A program made the position numbers and the translations under genes. From Patescibacteria group bacterium (GTDB lineage Bacteria > Omnitrophota > Gorgyraeia > Gygaellales > Profunditerraquicolaceae), in contig DATJPV010000048.1 in the NCBI GenBank assembly GCA_035506195.1, positions 2,011 to 66,010 of the forward strand: a stretch of DNA of 64,000 nucleotides, given 5' to 3'. Below the pieces are notes generated by a model, which did not search any database, was not told the origin of the DNA, and saw nothing but the letters and a program-made list of their open reading frames with translations. Of this stretch, positions 27,840-37,803 are shown piece after piece (within the stretch, counting starts at the first letter, position 1; each line of letters begins with the position of its first letter).

Positions 27840-28172
27840 ATGAAAAAGACCGTTTTCTTTATAGTGGTGTGCCTGGTTCTTTGCGGCAGCCTGTTCGTGC
27901 TCGCCCAGAATAACCAGGAGCAGGCAGCGCCGGATGGCATGGAGTATATCCAGGTAAGTAATGGCTATAAGATCCTTGTCCCCAAGGGCATGAAATTGAT
28001 ACCGGTAGGCTCGTACGAGAGGGTCGAGAAGCTCGATACGTATGTAGCCCGCAGGTTCGAAGAGATGGACAAGCGTTTAAAAGAGATCGAAACCGGCCAG
28101 GCCCAGATGCAGGGAGAGCTTGCGCAGTTAAAGGCGGCGGTAGCCGAGTTGCGCACTAAGATCAAGGAGTAA
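27840..28172 (+). CDS. Secreted hypothetical protein with C-terminal coiled coil
   Basis: Signal peptide; GGAGG RBS; heptad-rich end. Confidence 0.7.
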   Translation: MKKTVFFIVVCLVLCGSLFVLAQNNQEQAAPDGMEYIQVSNGYKILVPKGMKLIPVGSYERVEKLDTYVARRFEEMDKRLKEIETGQAQMQGELAQLKAAVAELRTKIKE

Positions 28173-28193
28173 GCCTTACAAAGGAGGGCAAGA

Positions 28194-28562
28194 ATGAAGG
28201 CTAAAGGCATATTTTTACTCGCGTGCGGCATAGCGGGAGGGGTTTTTGTGTATTTTTTTGATATCATCATGAAAAGGCCTCTTAATTACCTCGGCCCCAA
28301 ATCTATGGTGGCGATGGCGATCTGCGCGATCCTGGCGATCGCCGGGTTTCGCATACTGCAGAAGGGCTCCCAAAGGGCGCACTTGAACAAAAGACAGGTC
28401 ATTATCTCATGGCTGGTAGCGGCTGTCTTCTGTCTCTTGTATGCCTGGGCCGTGTTTGCGATACCTGATCCTCTGGAGGCCTGGTGGTTTATGGTCTCTT
28501 GCACTGCCCCCGCCATGATCGTAGGGGCGCTGCTGCTTTATCTGTTCGGACGCAAGAAGTAA
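28194..28562 (+). CDS. Small 4-TM hypothetical protein
   Basis: AGGAGG RBS; four hydrophobic helices. Confidence 0.7.
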   Translation: MKAKGIFLLACGIAGGVFVYFFDIIMKRPLNYLGPKSMVAMAICAILAIAGFRILQKGSQRAHLNKRQVIISWLVAAVFCLLYAWAVFAIPDPLEAWWFMVSCTAPAMIVGALLLYLFGRKK

Positions 28563-28590
28563 GGCGTTTTAGGGGCAGCCCGCTACACGT

Positions 28591-28622
28591 AAAAACCCGT
28601 CTTTTTTGGCGGGTTTTTATTT
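28591..28622. terminator. Intrinsic terminator
   Basis: AAAAACCCGTC-tttttt-GGCGGGTTTTT hairpin with T tail. Confidence 0.75.
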
Positions 28623-28648
28623 GCCAAAACCGGTATTTTTGATATAAT
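28621..28648 (+). promoter_or_regulatory. sigma70 promoter of the pur cluster
   Basis: TTGCCA-16nt-TATAAT with TG extension; AAGGAG SD before purB. Confidence 0.6.
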
Positions 28649-28671
28649 AGATTTTCTTACAAGGAGAACCT

Positions 28672-29964
28672 ATGATCGAACGCTACAGCCTACCCCGCAT
28701 GACCGGCCTCTGGCAGGACGAATTCAAATTCAAGACTATGCTGGACATCGAGATATATGTCCTGGAGGCGCTTGCCAGAAAAAAGAAGGTCCCGGCTCAG
28801 GCAGTGCAAAGGATCCGCAAGAAGGCGCGCTTCAGCGTTGCTGCGATCAGGGCCATAGAAGAGAAGACGCAACATGATGTAGTGGCCTTTGTCAGCAATA
28901 TAGCACAAAATATTGGGGATGACGCCAAGTACCTGCACATCGGCCTTACTTCTTCCGACCTCCTGGATACCACCCTAGGAGTGCAGTTGAAGGAGGCAAC
29001 CGCCATCCTTATCGATGACCTGAAACGGCTGCAGCAGTTGTTGGCGGCAAAGGCGAAAAAATACAAGGATATGGTGTGTATCGGCCGTACGCACGGCATC
29101 CACGCCGAGCCGACTACCTTCGGCTTAAAAATGGCCCTTTGGTTTGATGAAACCGGCCGGTCCCTGGAGCGCCTGCGCCAGGCCGGAGAAGCCGCCGCAG
29201 TGGGTAAGATATCCGGCGCGGTAGGGACGTATTCCAATATCGAGCCGGAAGTCGAAGCCTATGTGTGCAAGAAGCTGGGGCTTAAGCCCGCCGGCATCTC
29301 GACGCAGATCATCCAGCGGGACGTGTATGCCCAGTATCTGGCGGCGCTGGCGATCATCGGCTCAAGCCTGGAGAAATGCGCCACCGAGATAAGGCACCTG
29401 CAAAGGACGGAAGTGTTGGAGGCCGAAGAGCCGTTCGGCAAAGGGCAAAAAGGCTCTTCCGCCATGCCGCATAAACGTAATCCGGTCATCTGCGAGCGCA
29501 TCTGCGGCCTCAGCCGGCTCTTGCGCGGGAATGCCCTGGTGGCCATAGAGAACGTTTCCCTCTGGCACGAGCGCGACATCAGCCACTCTTCCGCCGAAAG
29601 GGTGATCATGCCGGATTCTACGATTACGCTTGATTACATGCTGCACAAGTTTACCGACGTCATCGCGGGCCTGACGGTATATCCGGATAATATGCTGGCC
29701 AATCTCGTCAAGACACAGGGGCTCATTTTTTCGCAGCGGGTCCTTTTGAAGCTTATGTCCAAGGGCCTCAGCCGGACGCGCGCCTACGACATGGTACAGC
29801 GTGCGGCCATGCGCACCTGGAAGGAAAAAATAGATTTTCAGCGGGCACTGCTGGAAGACAAGGAAACATCCGGGTATGTGAGCGCCCGGGAACTGGAAAC
29901 GCTGTTTGACCTGACGTATTATTTGCGCAATATCCATAAGATCTATAAACGCCTGGGTCTTTGA
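28672..29964 (+). CDS. purB: Adenylosuccinate lyase
   Basis: GRTHGIHAEP, GSSAMPHKRNP. Confidence 0.97.
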   Translation: MIERYSLPRMTGLWQDEFKFKTMLDIEIYVLEALARKKKVPAQAVQRIRKKARFSVAAIRAIEEKTQHDVVAFVSNIAQNIGDDAKYLHIGLTSSDLLDTTLGVQLKEATAILIDDLKRLQQLLAAKAKKYKDMVCIGRTHGIHAEPTTFGLKMALWFDETGRSLERLRQAGEAAAVGKISGAVGTYSNIEPEVEAYVCKKLGLKPAGISTQIIQRDVYAQYLAALAIIGSSLEKCATEIRHLQRTEVLEAEEPFGKGQKGSSAMPHKRNPVICERICGLSRLLRGNALVAIENVSLWHERDISHSSAERVIMPDSTITLDYMLHKFTDVIAGLTVYPDNMLANLVKTQGLIFSQRVLLKLMSKGLSRTRAYDMVQRAAMRTWKEKIDFQRALLEDKETSGYVSARELETLFDLTYYLRNIHKIYKRLGL

Positions 29965-30019
29965 TAGATCTTGCCTAAAAACGCATTGCGCCTTTCCTGC
30001 CGTTACCTTTGGGGTATCG

Positions 30020-32920
30020 ATGGTCTGGAAGATCGAAATAAAGGATAAACAGGGTATTTTTGATTCCGTCGGAGAGGGGATCAAAAAAGATATCCTGGAC
30101 TTAGGCATCAAAACCGTCCAGGAAGTCCGCTTTGCCCAGGTCTACCTGCTTGAGGGGGACCTTTCCGGCGATCAGCTCAAGAAGATCTGCGAAGAGCTCA
30201 TTACCGACAATATCGTCCAGGAATACGCCGTCAATCCCCGCCTTGAACCTTCCGGCCGCGCCGCAAAGGAACAAGTGGTCGAAGTCGCCTATAACCCCGG
30301 CGTGATGGACCCGGCCGAGGAATCGGTGCGCAAAGGCATCAAAGACCTTGGGATAGAAGGGGCCGTGCGCGTCAGGACTGCCAAGAAATATTTCATCCGC
30401 GGCTCGCTTACCGCCTCGCAGCTGGCGACCATCTCCGAAAAACTGCTTTACAACAAGCTCATCCAGCATATCGTTAAAGACGCCGGGTATGCGCCTTTCG
30501 GCGCTCAACAGCCCGCCTATGTTTTTAAGTTGATCACCGTGGAGCTGCTGAATGCCTCCGCCGCGCAATTGGCCAAGATCAGCCGGCAGGGCCAGCTTTT
30601 TTTGAATGCGGCGGAGATGATGCAGATCAAGGCGCATTTCAGGAAACTCGGCCGTAACCCTACCGATTGCGAATTGGAGACCATCGCCCAGACCTGGTCG
30701 GAACACTGCTGGCACAAGACCTTCAGGGGCAAGATCGACTACCGGGAAAAATTGTTCCGTTCCAAGCCCAGGCGGCTCAAGATCGACAACCTCCTAAAAT
30801 CTACCGTGATGCAGGTGACCCGGCAATTGAACAAGCCCTGGTGCGTGTCGGTTTTCAAGGACAACTCCGGGGTCATCGCGTTCGACGACCGGCACAACGT
30901 ATGCTTCAAAGTAGAAACGCACAATCACCCTTCGGCCCTGGAGCCGTTTGGCGGCGCCAATACCGGCATCGGCGGCGTCATCCGCGACCCGTTGGGCACC
31001 GGCCTGGGCGCCAAGCCCATACTCAACACCGATGTATTCTGTTTCGGCCTTCCGGATTATCCTTTCAGCAAGCTGCCCAAGGGCACGCTGCACCCCAAGA
31101 GGATCATGAAGGGGGTTGTTTCCGGCGTGCGCGATTACGGCAACAAGATGGGCATCCCTACCGTAAACGGCGCCGTCCTGTTCCACGAACGCTTTACCGG
31201 CAATCCCCTGGTGTATTGCGGCACGGTAGGGATCATGCCGAAAGATAAATCCTTTAAACAGGCCCGTACCGGTGACCTGGTCGTGGTGGTAGGAGGCAGG
31301 ACCGGCAGGGACGGGATACACGGCGCGACATTCTCCTCCGGAGAGCTCACTCACGAATCCGAAACTATTTCCAGCGGCGCGGTGCAGATCGGCAACCCCA
31401 TCCAGGAAAAGAAAATGCTGGATACCATCCTGCAGGCGCGCGACCAGAACCTGTACAGCGCCATTACCGACTGCGGCGCCGGGGGGCTGTCCAGCGCGGT
31501 AGGCGAGATGGGCGAAGGCCTGGGCGCGCAGGTCTGCCTGGAAAAAGTCCCCCTTAAATACCAGGGGCTTTCTTATACCGAGATCTGGATCTCGGAATCC
31601 CAGGAGCGCATGGTCCTGGCGGTGCCTGCGCAGAATATCGAGCGGCTGCTGGAGGTCTTTGCCGCGGAGAACGTTGAGGCCACGGTCATCGGCGAATTTA
31701 CTTCCGACAAAAGGCTGAAGCTGTTGTATAACGGCAATCCGGTCTGCGATCTGGATATGCGGTTCTTGCATCACGGCTTGCCCCAGACAGAGAAAAAGGC
31801 GGTTTTCATACAGGCGCATCACCAGGAGCCAAAGGACAGGTCCGCCAAGAACCTGACCCCTGCGCTGTTGCGGTTGCTCTCCCATTACGATATCTGTTCC
31901 AAGGAGTGGATTATCAGGCAATATGACCACGAGGTCCAGGGCGGCTCGGTCCTGAAGCCCCTGGTCGGCTGCGCCAACGACGGCCCCTCCGACGCCAGTA
32001 TCGTCAGGCCGTTGCCGGATTCCGACAAGGGCCTGATCATCGCCAACGGCATCAATTTCCGTTTCGGTTTCATCGACCCCTATTGGATGGCTGCCGGCTG
32101 TATCGACGAGGTGCTTCGGCAGATAATCGCCTCGGGAGGCTCCCTGCAGGAAGTGGCCATACTGGATAACTTCTGCTGGGGCAATCCCGATAAACCCGAC
32201 CGGTTGGGCGGCGTGGTCAGGGCTGCCTACGGCTGTTATGATATTGCCAAGGCCTTTGGCGTTCCGTTCATTTCCGGCAAGGACAGTTTTTATAACGAAT
32301 ATACCGTTAAGCACAACTCGATCGCCATTCCCGGAACGCTATTAATCTCGGGTATGGCGGTGATGGAAGATGTCGGCAAGGCGGTTTCCATGTATGCCAA
32401 GAAAGAAGGGGACCTGGTGTACGTCGTCGGCCAGACCTTCAATGAGCTGGGCGGTTCGCATTATTACGACATCCTCGGTTTCACGGGCAACAGCGTCCCG
32501 CGCGTCGATCCGAAACAGGCCAAGCATACTTTCAATGCCTTAAGCAGGGCCTGCGGCCAGAGGCTGGTCAAGGCCATGCACGATTGTTCGGAGGGCGGGA
32601 TCGCGGTCGCTGCCGCCGAGATGGCCTTTAGCGGCGGCCTGGGCATGGAGCTGTTCATTTCCGAGGTCCCTTATAAAGATAATCAGGCAGGCCGCAATGA
32701 GTGCGTCCTCTTTTCGGAGTCCCATTCCCGCTTCATCGTTTCGATAGACAAGAAGGCCCAGAAGGCATTCGAGGCGATGCTCAAGGGGGTAGCCTTTGGC
32801 CTGGTGGGCTGCGTTTCGCATGATAAAGAATTCAAGGTATACGGCTTGGATGGCAAGCCTTGCATCAAGGCAGGAATCGACGAGCTCAAGCGGCACTGGC
32901 AGGAGACGTTACGTTGGTAG
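30020..32920 (+). CDS. purL: FGAM synthase PurL with fused N-terminal PurS-like domains
   Basis: QTWSEHCWHK, KVETHNHPS, DCGAGG, SESQERM; ~150-aa N-terminus with two PurS-like units. Confidence 0.95.
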   Translation: MVWKIEIKDKQGIFDSVGEGIKKDILDLGIKTVQEVRFAQVYLLEGDLSGDQLKKICEELITDNIVQEYAVNPRLEPSGRAAKEQVVEVAYNPGVMDPAEESVRKGIKDLGIEGAVRVRTAKKYFIRGSLTASQLATISEKLLYNKLIQHIVKDAGYAPFGAQQPAYVFKLITVELLNASAAQLAKISRQGQLFLNAAEMMQIKAHFRKLGRNPTDCELETIAQTWSEHCWHKTFRGKIDYREKLFRSKPRRLKIDNLLKSTVMQVTRQLNKPWCVSVFKDNSGVIAFDDRHNVCFKVETHNHPSALEPFGGANTGIGGVIRDPLGTGLGAKPILNTDVFCFGLPDYPFSKLPKGTLHPKRIMKGVVSGVRDYGNKMGIPTVNGAVLFHERFTGNPLVYCGTVGIMPKDKSFKQARTGDLVVVVGGRTGRDGIHGATFSSGELTHESETISSGAVQIGNPIQEKKMLDTILQARDQNLYSAITDCGAGGLSSAVGEMGEGLGAQVCLEKVPLKYQGLSYTEIWISESQERMVLAVPAQNIERLLEVFAAENVEATVIGEFTSDKRLKLLYNGNPVCDLDMRFLHHGLPQTEKKAVFIQAHHQEPKDRSAKNLTPALLRLLSHYDICSKEWIIRQYDHEVQGGSVLKPLVGCANDGPSDASIVRPLPDSDKGLIIANGINFRFGFIDPYWMAAGCIDEVLRQIIASGGSLQEVAILDNFCWGNPDKPDRLGGVVRAAYGCYDIAKAFGVPFISGKDSFYNEYTVKHNSIAIPGTLLISGMAVMEDVGKAVSMYAKKEGDLVYVVGQTFNELGGSHYYDILGFTGNSVPRVDPKQAKHTFNALSRACGQRLVKAMHDCSEGGIAVAAAEMAFSGGLGMELFISEVPYKDNQAGRNECVLFSESHSRFIVSIDKKAQKAFEAMLKGVAFGLVGCVSHDKEFKVYGLDGKPCIKAGIDELKRHWQETLRW

Positions 32921-32940
32921 CGCTAGCCCGGGGAGGCAGA

Positions 32941-33603
32941 ATGGAAAAAGTTAAAAGAACCATCAGGGACGATTTTACCCAGGAAGATACCTGGCGGATG
33001 TTCCGTATCATGGCGGAGTTTGTCGAGGGGTTTGAGGTCCTTTCCAAGGTGGAAAAGGCGGTTTCCATATTCGGTTCGGCCCGCAGCAAGCCCGACAATA
33101 AATATTATAAACTGACCGAAGAGATCGCCTACCTTTTAGCCAAGGAAGGTTATGCGATCATTACCGGCAGCGGCCCCGGCATCATGGAGGCTGCCAATAA
33201 AGGCGCGCGCCGCGCAAAAGGGCATTCCATCGGGCTTAATATTCAACTGCCCATGGAACAGAAGGCCAACTCGTACGTGGATACGCTGTTGAACTTTCAT
33301 TATTTCTTTGTGCGCAAGGTCATGTTCGTAAAATACGCCAAGGCCTTCGTGATCATCCCCGGAGGCTACGGTACTCTGGATGAGCTCACCGAAGCGCTCA
33401 ACCTTATCCAGACCCACAGGATCCCGTCGTTCCCCGTGGTCCTGTTCGGCAGCGCATACTGGAAAGGGTTCACCGATTGGCTGCGTAGCGAAGTGCTCAG
33501 GGAAAAGAACATCAGCCCCGACGATATGTTCCTTTTCAAGACCACCGATAGCCCCAAAGAAGTGGTCAAGATCATCAACAGATTCTATAATCACAAGCGT
33601 TGA
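32941..33603 (+). CDS. LOG-family nucleotide phosphoribohydrolase
   Basis: FGSAR, TGSGPGIMEA, RKVMF, PGGYGTLDE. Confidence 0.92.
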   Translation: MEKVKRTIRDDFTQEDTWRMFRIMAEFVEGFEVLSKVEKAVSIFGSARSKPDNKYYKLTEEIAYLLAKEGYAIITGSGPGIMEAANKGARRAKGHSIGLNIQLPMEQKANSYVDTLLNFHYFFVRKVMFVKYAKAFVIIPGGYGTLDELTEALNLIQTHRIPSFPVVLFGSAYWKGFTDWLRSEVLREKNISPDDMFLFKTTDSPKEVVKIINRFYNHKR

Positions 33604-33607
33604 AGCG

Positions 33608-34390
33608 ATGAAGAAAGTCAAAGTCTGCGTATTGCGCACCGCCGGCACGAACTGCGATCAGGAAACAGCCGCCGCCTTCAAGAAGGCCGACTCAGACCCG
33701 GAGCTGGTGCATGTGAATAGCCTGGTAAGCGGCCAAAAAGACCTGGCGGCCTATCATATCCTGGCAATACCCGGAGGCTTCAGCTACGGCGACGATATCG
33801 CCTCGGGAAAGGTATTTGCCAACGAATTACGCTGTAAGCTGTTCGACCAGATAAAAAAGTTCGTCCAGGAAGGCAAGGCCATCATCGGCATCTGTAACGG
33901 ATTTCAGGTATTGGTCAAAAGCGGGCTCCTGCCGGGCAACCCCGAACTCAAACAGGAGGCCAGCCTCATCATCAATGATTCCGGCAAGTTCGAAGACCGC
34001 TGGGCGTATCTGAAGGCAAGCCAGTCCCGGTGCGTCTGGAGCAAGGGGCTGCCCGAAGTCATCTACCTCCCGGTAGCTCACGGAGAGGGCAAATTTGTCG
34101 CAAAGGATAAGAAGACCCTGGAGAAGCTCAAACAGAACGGCCAGGTGGTCTTACGGTATTGTACGCCCAAAGGAGAGCCGGACGGCTACTCTTGGAATCC
34201 CAACGGCTCAGTCGACAACATCGCCGGCATCTGCGATGAGTCCGGAAGGATCCTCGGGCTTATGCCGCACCCGGAAAGGCACGTCGATATTACGCATCAC
34301 CCCCGCTGGACCGGCCAGAAAACAGGCAAAGACGGCGACGGCATTCTTATTATCAGAAACGGAGTGGAATATGCACGAAGAAACCTGTAA
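33608..34390 (+). CDS. purQ: FGAM synthase glutaminase subunit
   Basis: GTNCD, PGGFSYGD, GICNGFQ, MPHPER. Confidence 0.96.
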   Translation: MKKVKVCVLRTAGTNCDQETAAAFKKADSDPELVHVNSLVSGQKDLAAYHILAIPGGFSYGDDIASGKVFANELRCKLFDQIKKFVQEGKAIIGICNGFQVLVKSGLLPGNPELKQEASLIINDSGKFEDRWAYLKASQSRCVWSKGLPEVIYLPVAHGEGKFVAKDKKTLEKLKQNGQVVLRYCTPKGEPDGYSWNPNGSVDNIAGICDESGRILGLMPHPERHVDITHHPRWTGQKTGKDGDGILIIRNGVEYARRNL

Positions 34391-35819
34391 CGACCACCCG
34401 AAAGAGTACTGCGGCTTGTTTGGGATATACGGCCATGCGCAGGCCAGCTGGCTTACCTATTTGGGGCTGTACGCCCAGCAGCACCGGGGGCAGGAAGCCT
34501 GCGGTATCACCGTCAATGAAGACGGCACGTTGTATATTTATAAAGGGATGGGTCTGGTCAGCGACGTATTCACCGGCCAGGTGCTGAATAAGCTCAAAGG
34601 CCATGCGGCGGTCGGGCACGTCCGTTACTCGACGACCGGCTCAAGCGTCCTGAAGAACGCCCAGCCCCTGCTTATCGATTACGCCAAGGGTTCGATATGC
34701 ATCGCCCATAACGGCAACCTGGTAAACTCTTTGGAGCTGCGCCAGTACCTGGAACAGACCGGCTCGATCTTCCAGACTACCACGGATTCCGAACTGATTA
34801 TCCATCTGATGGCCAGGGCCAAGACGCAGAGCCTGGAGGACAGCCTCGTGTACGCGCTCAAAAGGATCAAGGGCGCCTATTCGCTGGTGATGATGGATAC
34901 CAAAAGCCTTATCGGCGTACGCGACCCCTTCGGGTTCCGTCCGCTGTGCCTGGGCAGGCTGGGCAAGGCCTGGTGCCTGGCCTCGGAGACCTGCGCGTTC
35001 GACCTCATCGGCGCAAAGCTTGTCAGAGAGATCAAACCGGGCGAGATCGTTTTCATCAACAAGGACGGCGTGCGTTCAAGCAGCCTTTTAAACGGCCATG
35101 CAAATCACCGGCGCGCCTTTTGTACCTTTGAGCACGTATACTTTTCCCGCCCCGACTCCGTGGTGTTCGGCGAAACGGTGCATCTGGTCAGGCGCAAGCT
35201 GGGGGAGCAGTTGTCCTGCGAGCACCCGGTAAAGGCCGACTTTGTCGTGCCGGTCCCGGATTCGGGGTTCTCCGCGGCGATGGGGTATTCGCACGCTTCG
35301 GGGATACCTCTGGAGATGGGGATCATCCGTAACCATTACGTCGGCAGGACCTTTATCCAGCCGGCGCAGGATTCCCGGGACCTGGGCGTGCGGGTCAAGT
35401 TCAACCTCCTCAAAGACGTCTTAAAAGGCAAGCGCATCGTTATTGTCGATGATTCCATCGTCCGGGGGACTACCTCCAAGATCCGCGTGCGCAACTTGCG
35501 CGCCGCCGGAGTAAAGCAGGTGCACCTGCGTATATCCTGTCCGCCGCACCGGTTCCCTTGTTTTTACGGGATCGACTTTCACCGTTCTTCGGAGCTGATC
35601 GCCAACAAGTATGCGTGTTTGGATGATATACGCAAATATCTGGAGGTAGACAGCCTCGGGTACCTGAGCCTGGAGGGGATGCTGCGTTGCCTCAGGCACG
35701 ACAAGAACAGCTACTGCGCCGCCTGCTGGACAGGCAGATACCCGATCAGGGCGGAGAAAAAGCACGGCAAGTTCTCCCTGGAAACGCACTGCTGCGGGCA
35801 AGGAGATATCACGGTGTAG
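34371..35819 (+). CDS. purF: Amidophosphoribosyltransferase
   Basis: Propeptide then CGLFG; QHRGQE, GHVRYST, VDDSIVRGTT; Fe-S cysteines. Confidence 0.96.
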   Translation: MHEETCNDHPKEYCGLFGIYGHAQASWLTYLGLYAQQHRGQEACGITVNEDGTLYIYKGMGLVSDVFTGQVLNKLKGHAAVGHVRYSTTGSSVLKNAQPLLIDYAKGSICIAHNGNLVNSLELRQYLEQTGSIFQTTTDSELIIHLMARAKTQSLEDSLVYALKRIKGAYSLVMMDTKSLIGVRDPFGFRPLCLGRLGKAWCLASETCAFDLIGAKLVREIKPGEIVFINKDGVRSSSLLNGHANHRRAFCTFEHVYFSRPDSVVFGETVHLVRRKLGEQLSCEHPVKADFVVPVPDSGFSAAMGYSHASGIPLEMGIIRNHYVGRTFIQPAQDSRDLGVRVKFNLLKDVLKGKRIVIVDDSIVRGTTSKIRVRNLRAAGVKQVHLRISCPPHRFPCFYGIDFHRSSELIANKYACLDDIRKYLEVDSLGYLSLEGMLRCLRHDKNSYCAACWTGRYPIRAEKKHGKFSLETHCCGQGDITV

Positions 35820-35916
35820 CGGCTGCTAGCGTTGATCAAGTGCGATACGTATATATGCAGCTGAAGTTGATTTTTACAGGCAGGGGGACATAACGATTTA
35901 GCTTGAGGAGCCAGTT

Positions 35917-36915
35917 ATGAAGAATATGACCTACAAGAAGGCCGGCGTGGATATCGAGAAAGCCAGCCTCTTTAAGAAAAAGATTGCTGCCCTGGTCAAG
36001 ACATCCTGCGGCCCCCTGGTATTGAAAGGGGTCGGCGGTTTCGGCAGCCTCTTTAACTTTCCCGGGCAGGAGTACCGCCATCCGGTGCTGGTGTCTTCTA
36101 CCGACGGGGTCGGGACAAAATTGAAGATCGCCCTCCTTGCCCGCTCGCACGATACCATCGGCATCGACCTGGTTGCCATGAACGTTAATGATATCCTGTG
36201 CATGGGCGCACGGCCCCTGTTCTTCCTTGATTATATCGCTACCGGCAAGCTCGACCCGCAGGTCCTTTTAGACGTGGTCAAGGGGATCAACCGCGGCTGC
36301 CTTCAGGCAGGCTGCGCCCTTATCGGCGGGGAGACCGCCGAGATGCCCGGGATGTACCCGGACGGCGAATACGATGTGGCGGGATTCTGCGTGGGCGTAG
36401 TGGATAGAGAGCGCATCATCGACGGATCCCGGATAAGGCCGGGCAATGTCGTCATCGGCCTGGAGTCAAGCGGCATTCACTCCAACGGCTATGCCCTGGT
36501 GCGCAAGGTCCTTTCCCGGAACGAATTGCTGCGCATGAGCGATGAGCTGCTTAAGCCTACCCGGATATACGTCAAGCCGGTGCTGTCCATTTTGCGCGAA
36601 TATGACGTCAAGGGGATATCCCATATTACCGGAGGAGCCTTCTATGACAAGATCGCAAGGATCCTGCCCGGCGATACGGATGTCCTGATCCGCAAGCACG
36701 CCTGGGCTGTGCCTAAGATATTCCGGCTCATTCAAAACAAGGGCGGCATCGACGAAAAGCAAATGTACCATACGTTCAACATGGGTATCGGGATGGTCTT
36801 GATCGCCGACGCCGGGGATGTCTCCGGCATCAGAAAAAGCCTTTTGGGATCGGGCCTGAAAAGCTGGGTCATCGGGGAGGCGGCCAAGGGCAGCAAGGCA
36901 GTAACGGTCGCCTAA
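35917..36915 (+). CDS. purM: AIR synthase
   Basis: TYKKAGVD, TDGVGTK, GGETAEMP, HITGG. Confidence 0.97.
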   Translation: MKNMTYKKAGVDIEKASLFKKKIAALVKTSCGPLVLKGVGGFGSLFNFPGQEYRHPVLVSSTDGVGTKLKIALLARSHDTIGIDLVAMNVNDILCMGARPLFFLDYIATGKLDPQVLLDVVKGINRGCLQAGCALIGGETAEMPGMYPDGEYDVAGFCVGVVDRERIIDGSRIRPGNVVIGLESSGIHSNGYALVRKVLSRNELLRMSDELLKPTRIYVKPVLSILREYDVKGISHITGGAFYDKIARILPGDTDVLIRKHAWAVPKIFRLIQNKGGIDEKQMYHTFNMGIGMVLIADAGDVSGIRKSLLGSGLKSWVIGEAAKGSKAVTVA

Positions 36916-36929
36916 AAGAGGAGGGTATC

Positions 36930-37802
36930 ATGGATACGCTGTATGTCGTCATCGTCGCGATAGTCGCAATATTCCTTATGGGGATCAGGATCGTCAGGCC
37001 CACGCACCGGGGGCTCATCGAGAGGCTGGGTAGGTACCACCGCTTTGCCGCGCCGGGTTTCAACTGGATCATCCCCTTTATCGACAAGATGTATCAGATC
37101 AATATCACCGAGCAGATGGTGGATGCCGAGCCGCAGGAGATCATCACCTTTGACAACCTCAATGCCAGGGTCGACGCCCAGGTGTATTTCAAGGTCAAGA
37201 CCGACGAACAGAGCGCCAAAAGCTGCATCTATAACGTCAACAATTATCAGTATCAGATCGTCAATCTTGCCCGGACCACGCTCAGGAACATCATCGGCAC
37301 GCTCACCTTGAAGTCCGCCAACAGCGAGCGCGGCAAGATCAACGATGAACTGCATAATACCCTGATGAACGAGACCTCCAGCTGGGGCATCGAGATCGTC
37401 AGGACCGAATTAAAGGAGATCGATCCTCCCAAGGACGTCCAGGAGACCATGAACAAGGTCGTCAAGGCCGAGAACGAAAAGATCGCGGCGGTCGATTTCG
37501 CAACCGCCACCGAGACGGCGGCGGACGGCCAGAAGCGGGCGGAGATCAAGAAGGCCGAAGGCATCAAGCAAGCCAGGATCCTGCAGGCGGAAGGAGAGGC
37601 CGAGGCGATCCGGCTGGTCAACGAGGCCGCGGAAAGATACTTCGTAGGCAATGCCCAGGTCTTAAGGAAGTTGGAAGCCGTAGAGAGGTCTCTTGAACAG
37701 AACGCCAAAGTCGTCATTCCGACCAACAGCGAGCTGGTCAACGTGATCGGCGAGCTTGCGGGCGTGTTGCCCTTGAAAAAAGAGGACAAAGAAAAGAAAT
37801 AA
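36930..37802 (+). CDS. SPFH/band-7 (QmcA/stomatin-like) protein
   Basis: ERLGRY, PQEIITFDN, TTLRNIIG, WGIEI, AEG-rich coiled coil. Confidence 0.92.
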   Translation: MDTLYVVIVAIVAIFLMGIRIVRPTHRGLIERLGRYHRFAAPGFNWIIPFIDKMYQINITEQMVDAEPQEIITFDNLNARVDAQVYFKVKTDEQSAKSCIYNVNNYQYQIVNLARTTLRNIIGTLTLKSANSERGKINDELHNTLMNETSSWGIEIVRTELKEIDPPKDVQETMNKVVKAENEKIAAVDFATATETAADGQKRAEIKKAEGIKQARILQAEGEAEAIRLVNEAAERYFVGNAQVLRKLEAVERSLEQNAKVVIPTNSELVNVIGELAGVLPLKKEDKEKK

Positions 37803-37803
37803 T

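Noticed and set aside
30794-32314. 506-aa minus-strand ORF, and many other antisense or alternate-frame ORFs in the track
   Set aside because: They are shadows of well-supported + strand genes in GC-rich sequence, with no motifs or RBS.
35820-35916. purF-purM gap as a purine or ZTP riboswitch
   Set aside because: Only a weak GCTGC/GCAGC pairing; no consensus aptamer or terminator.
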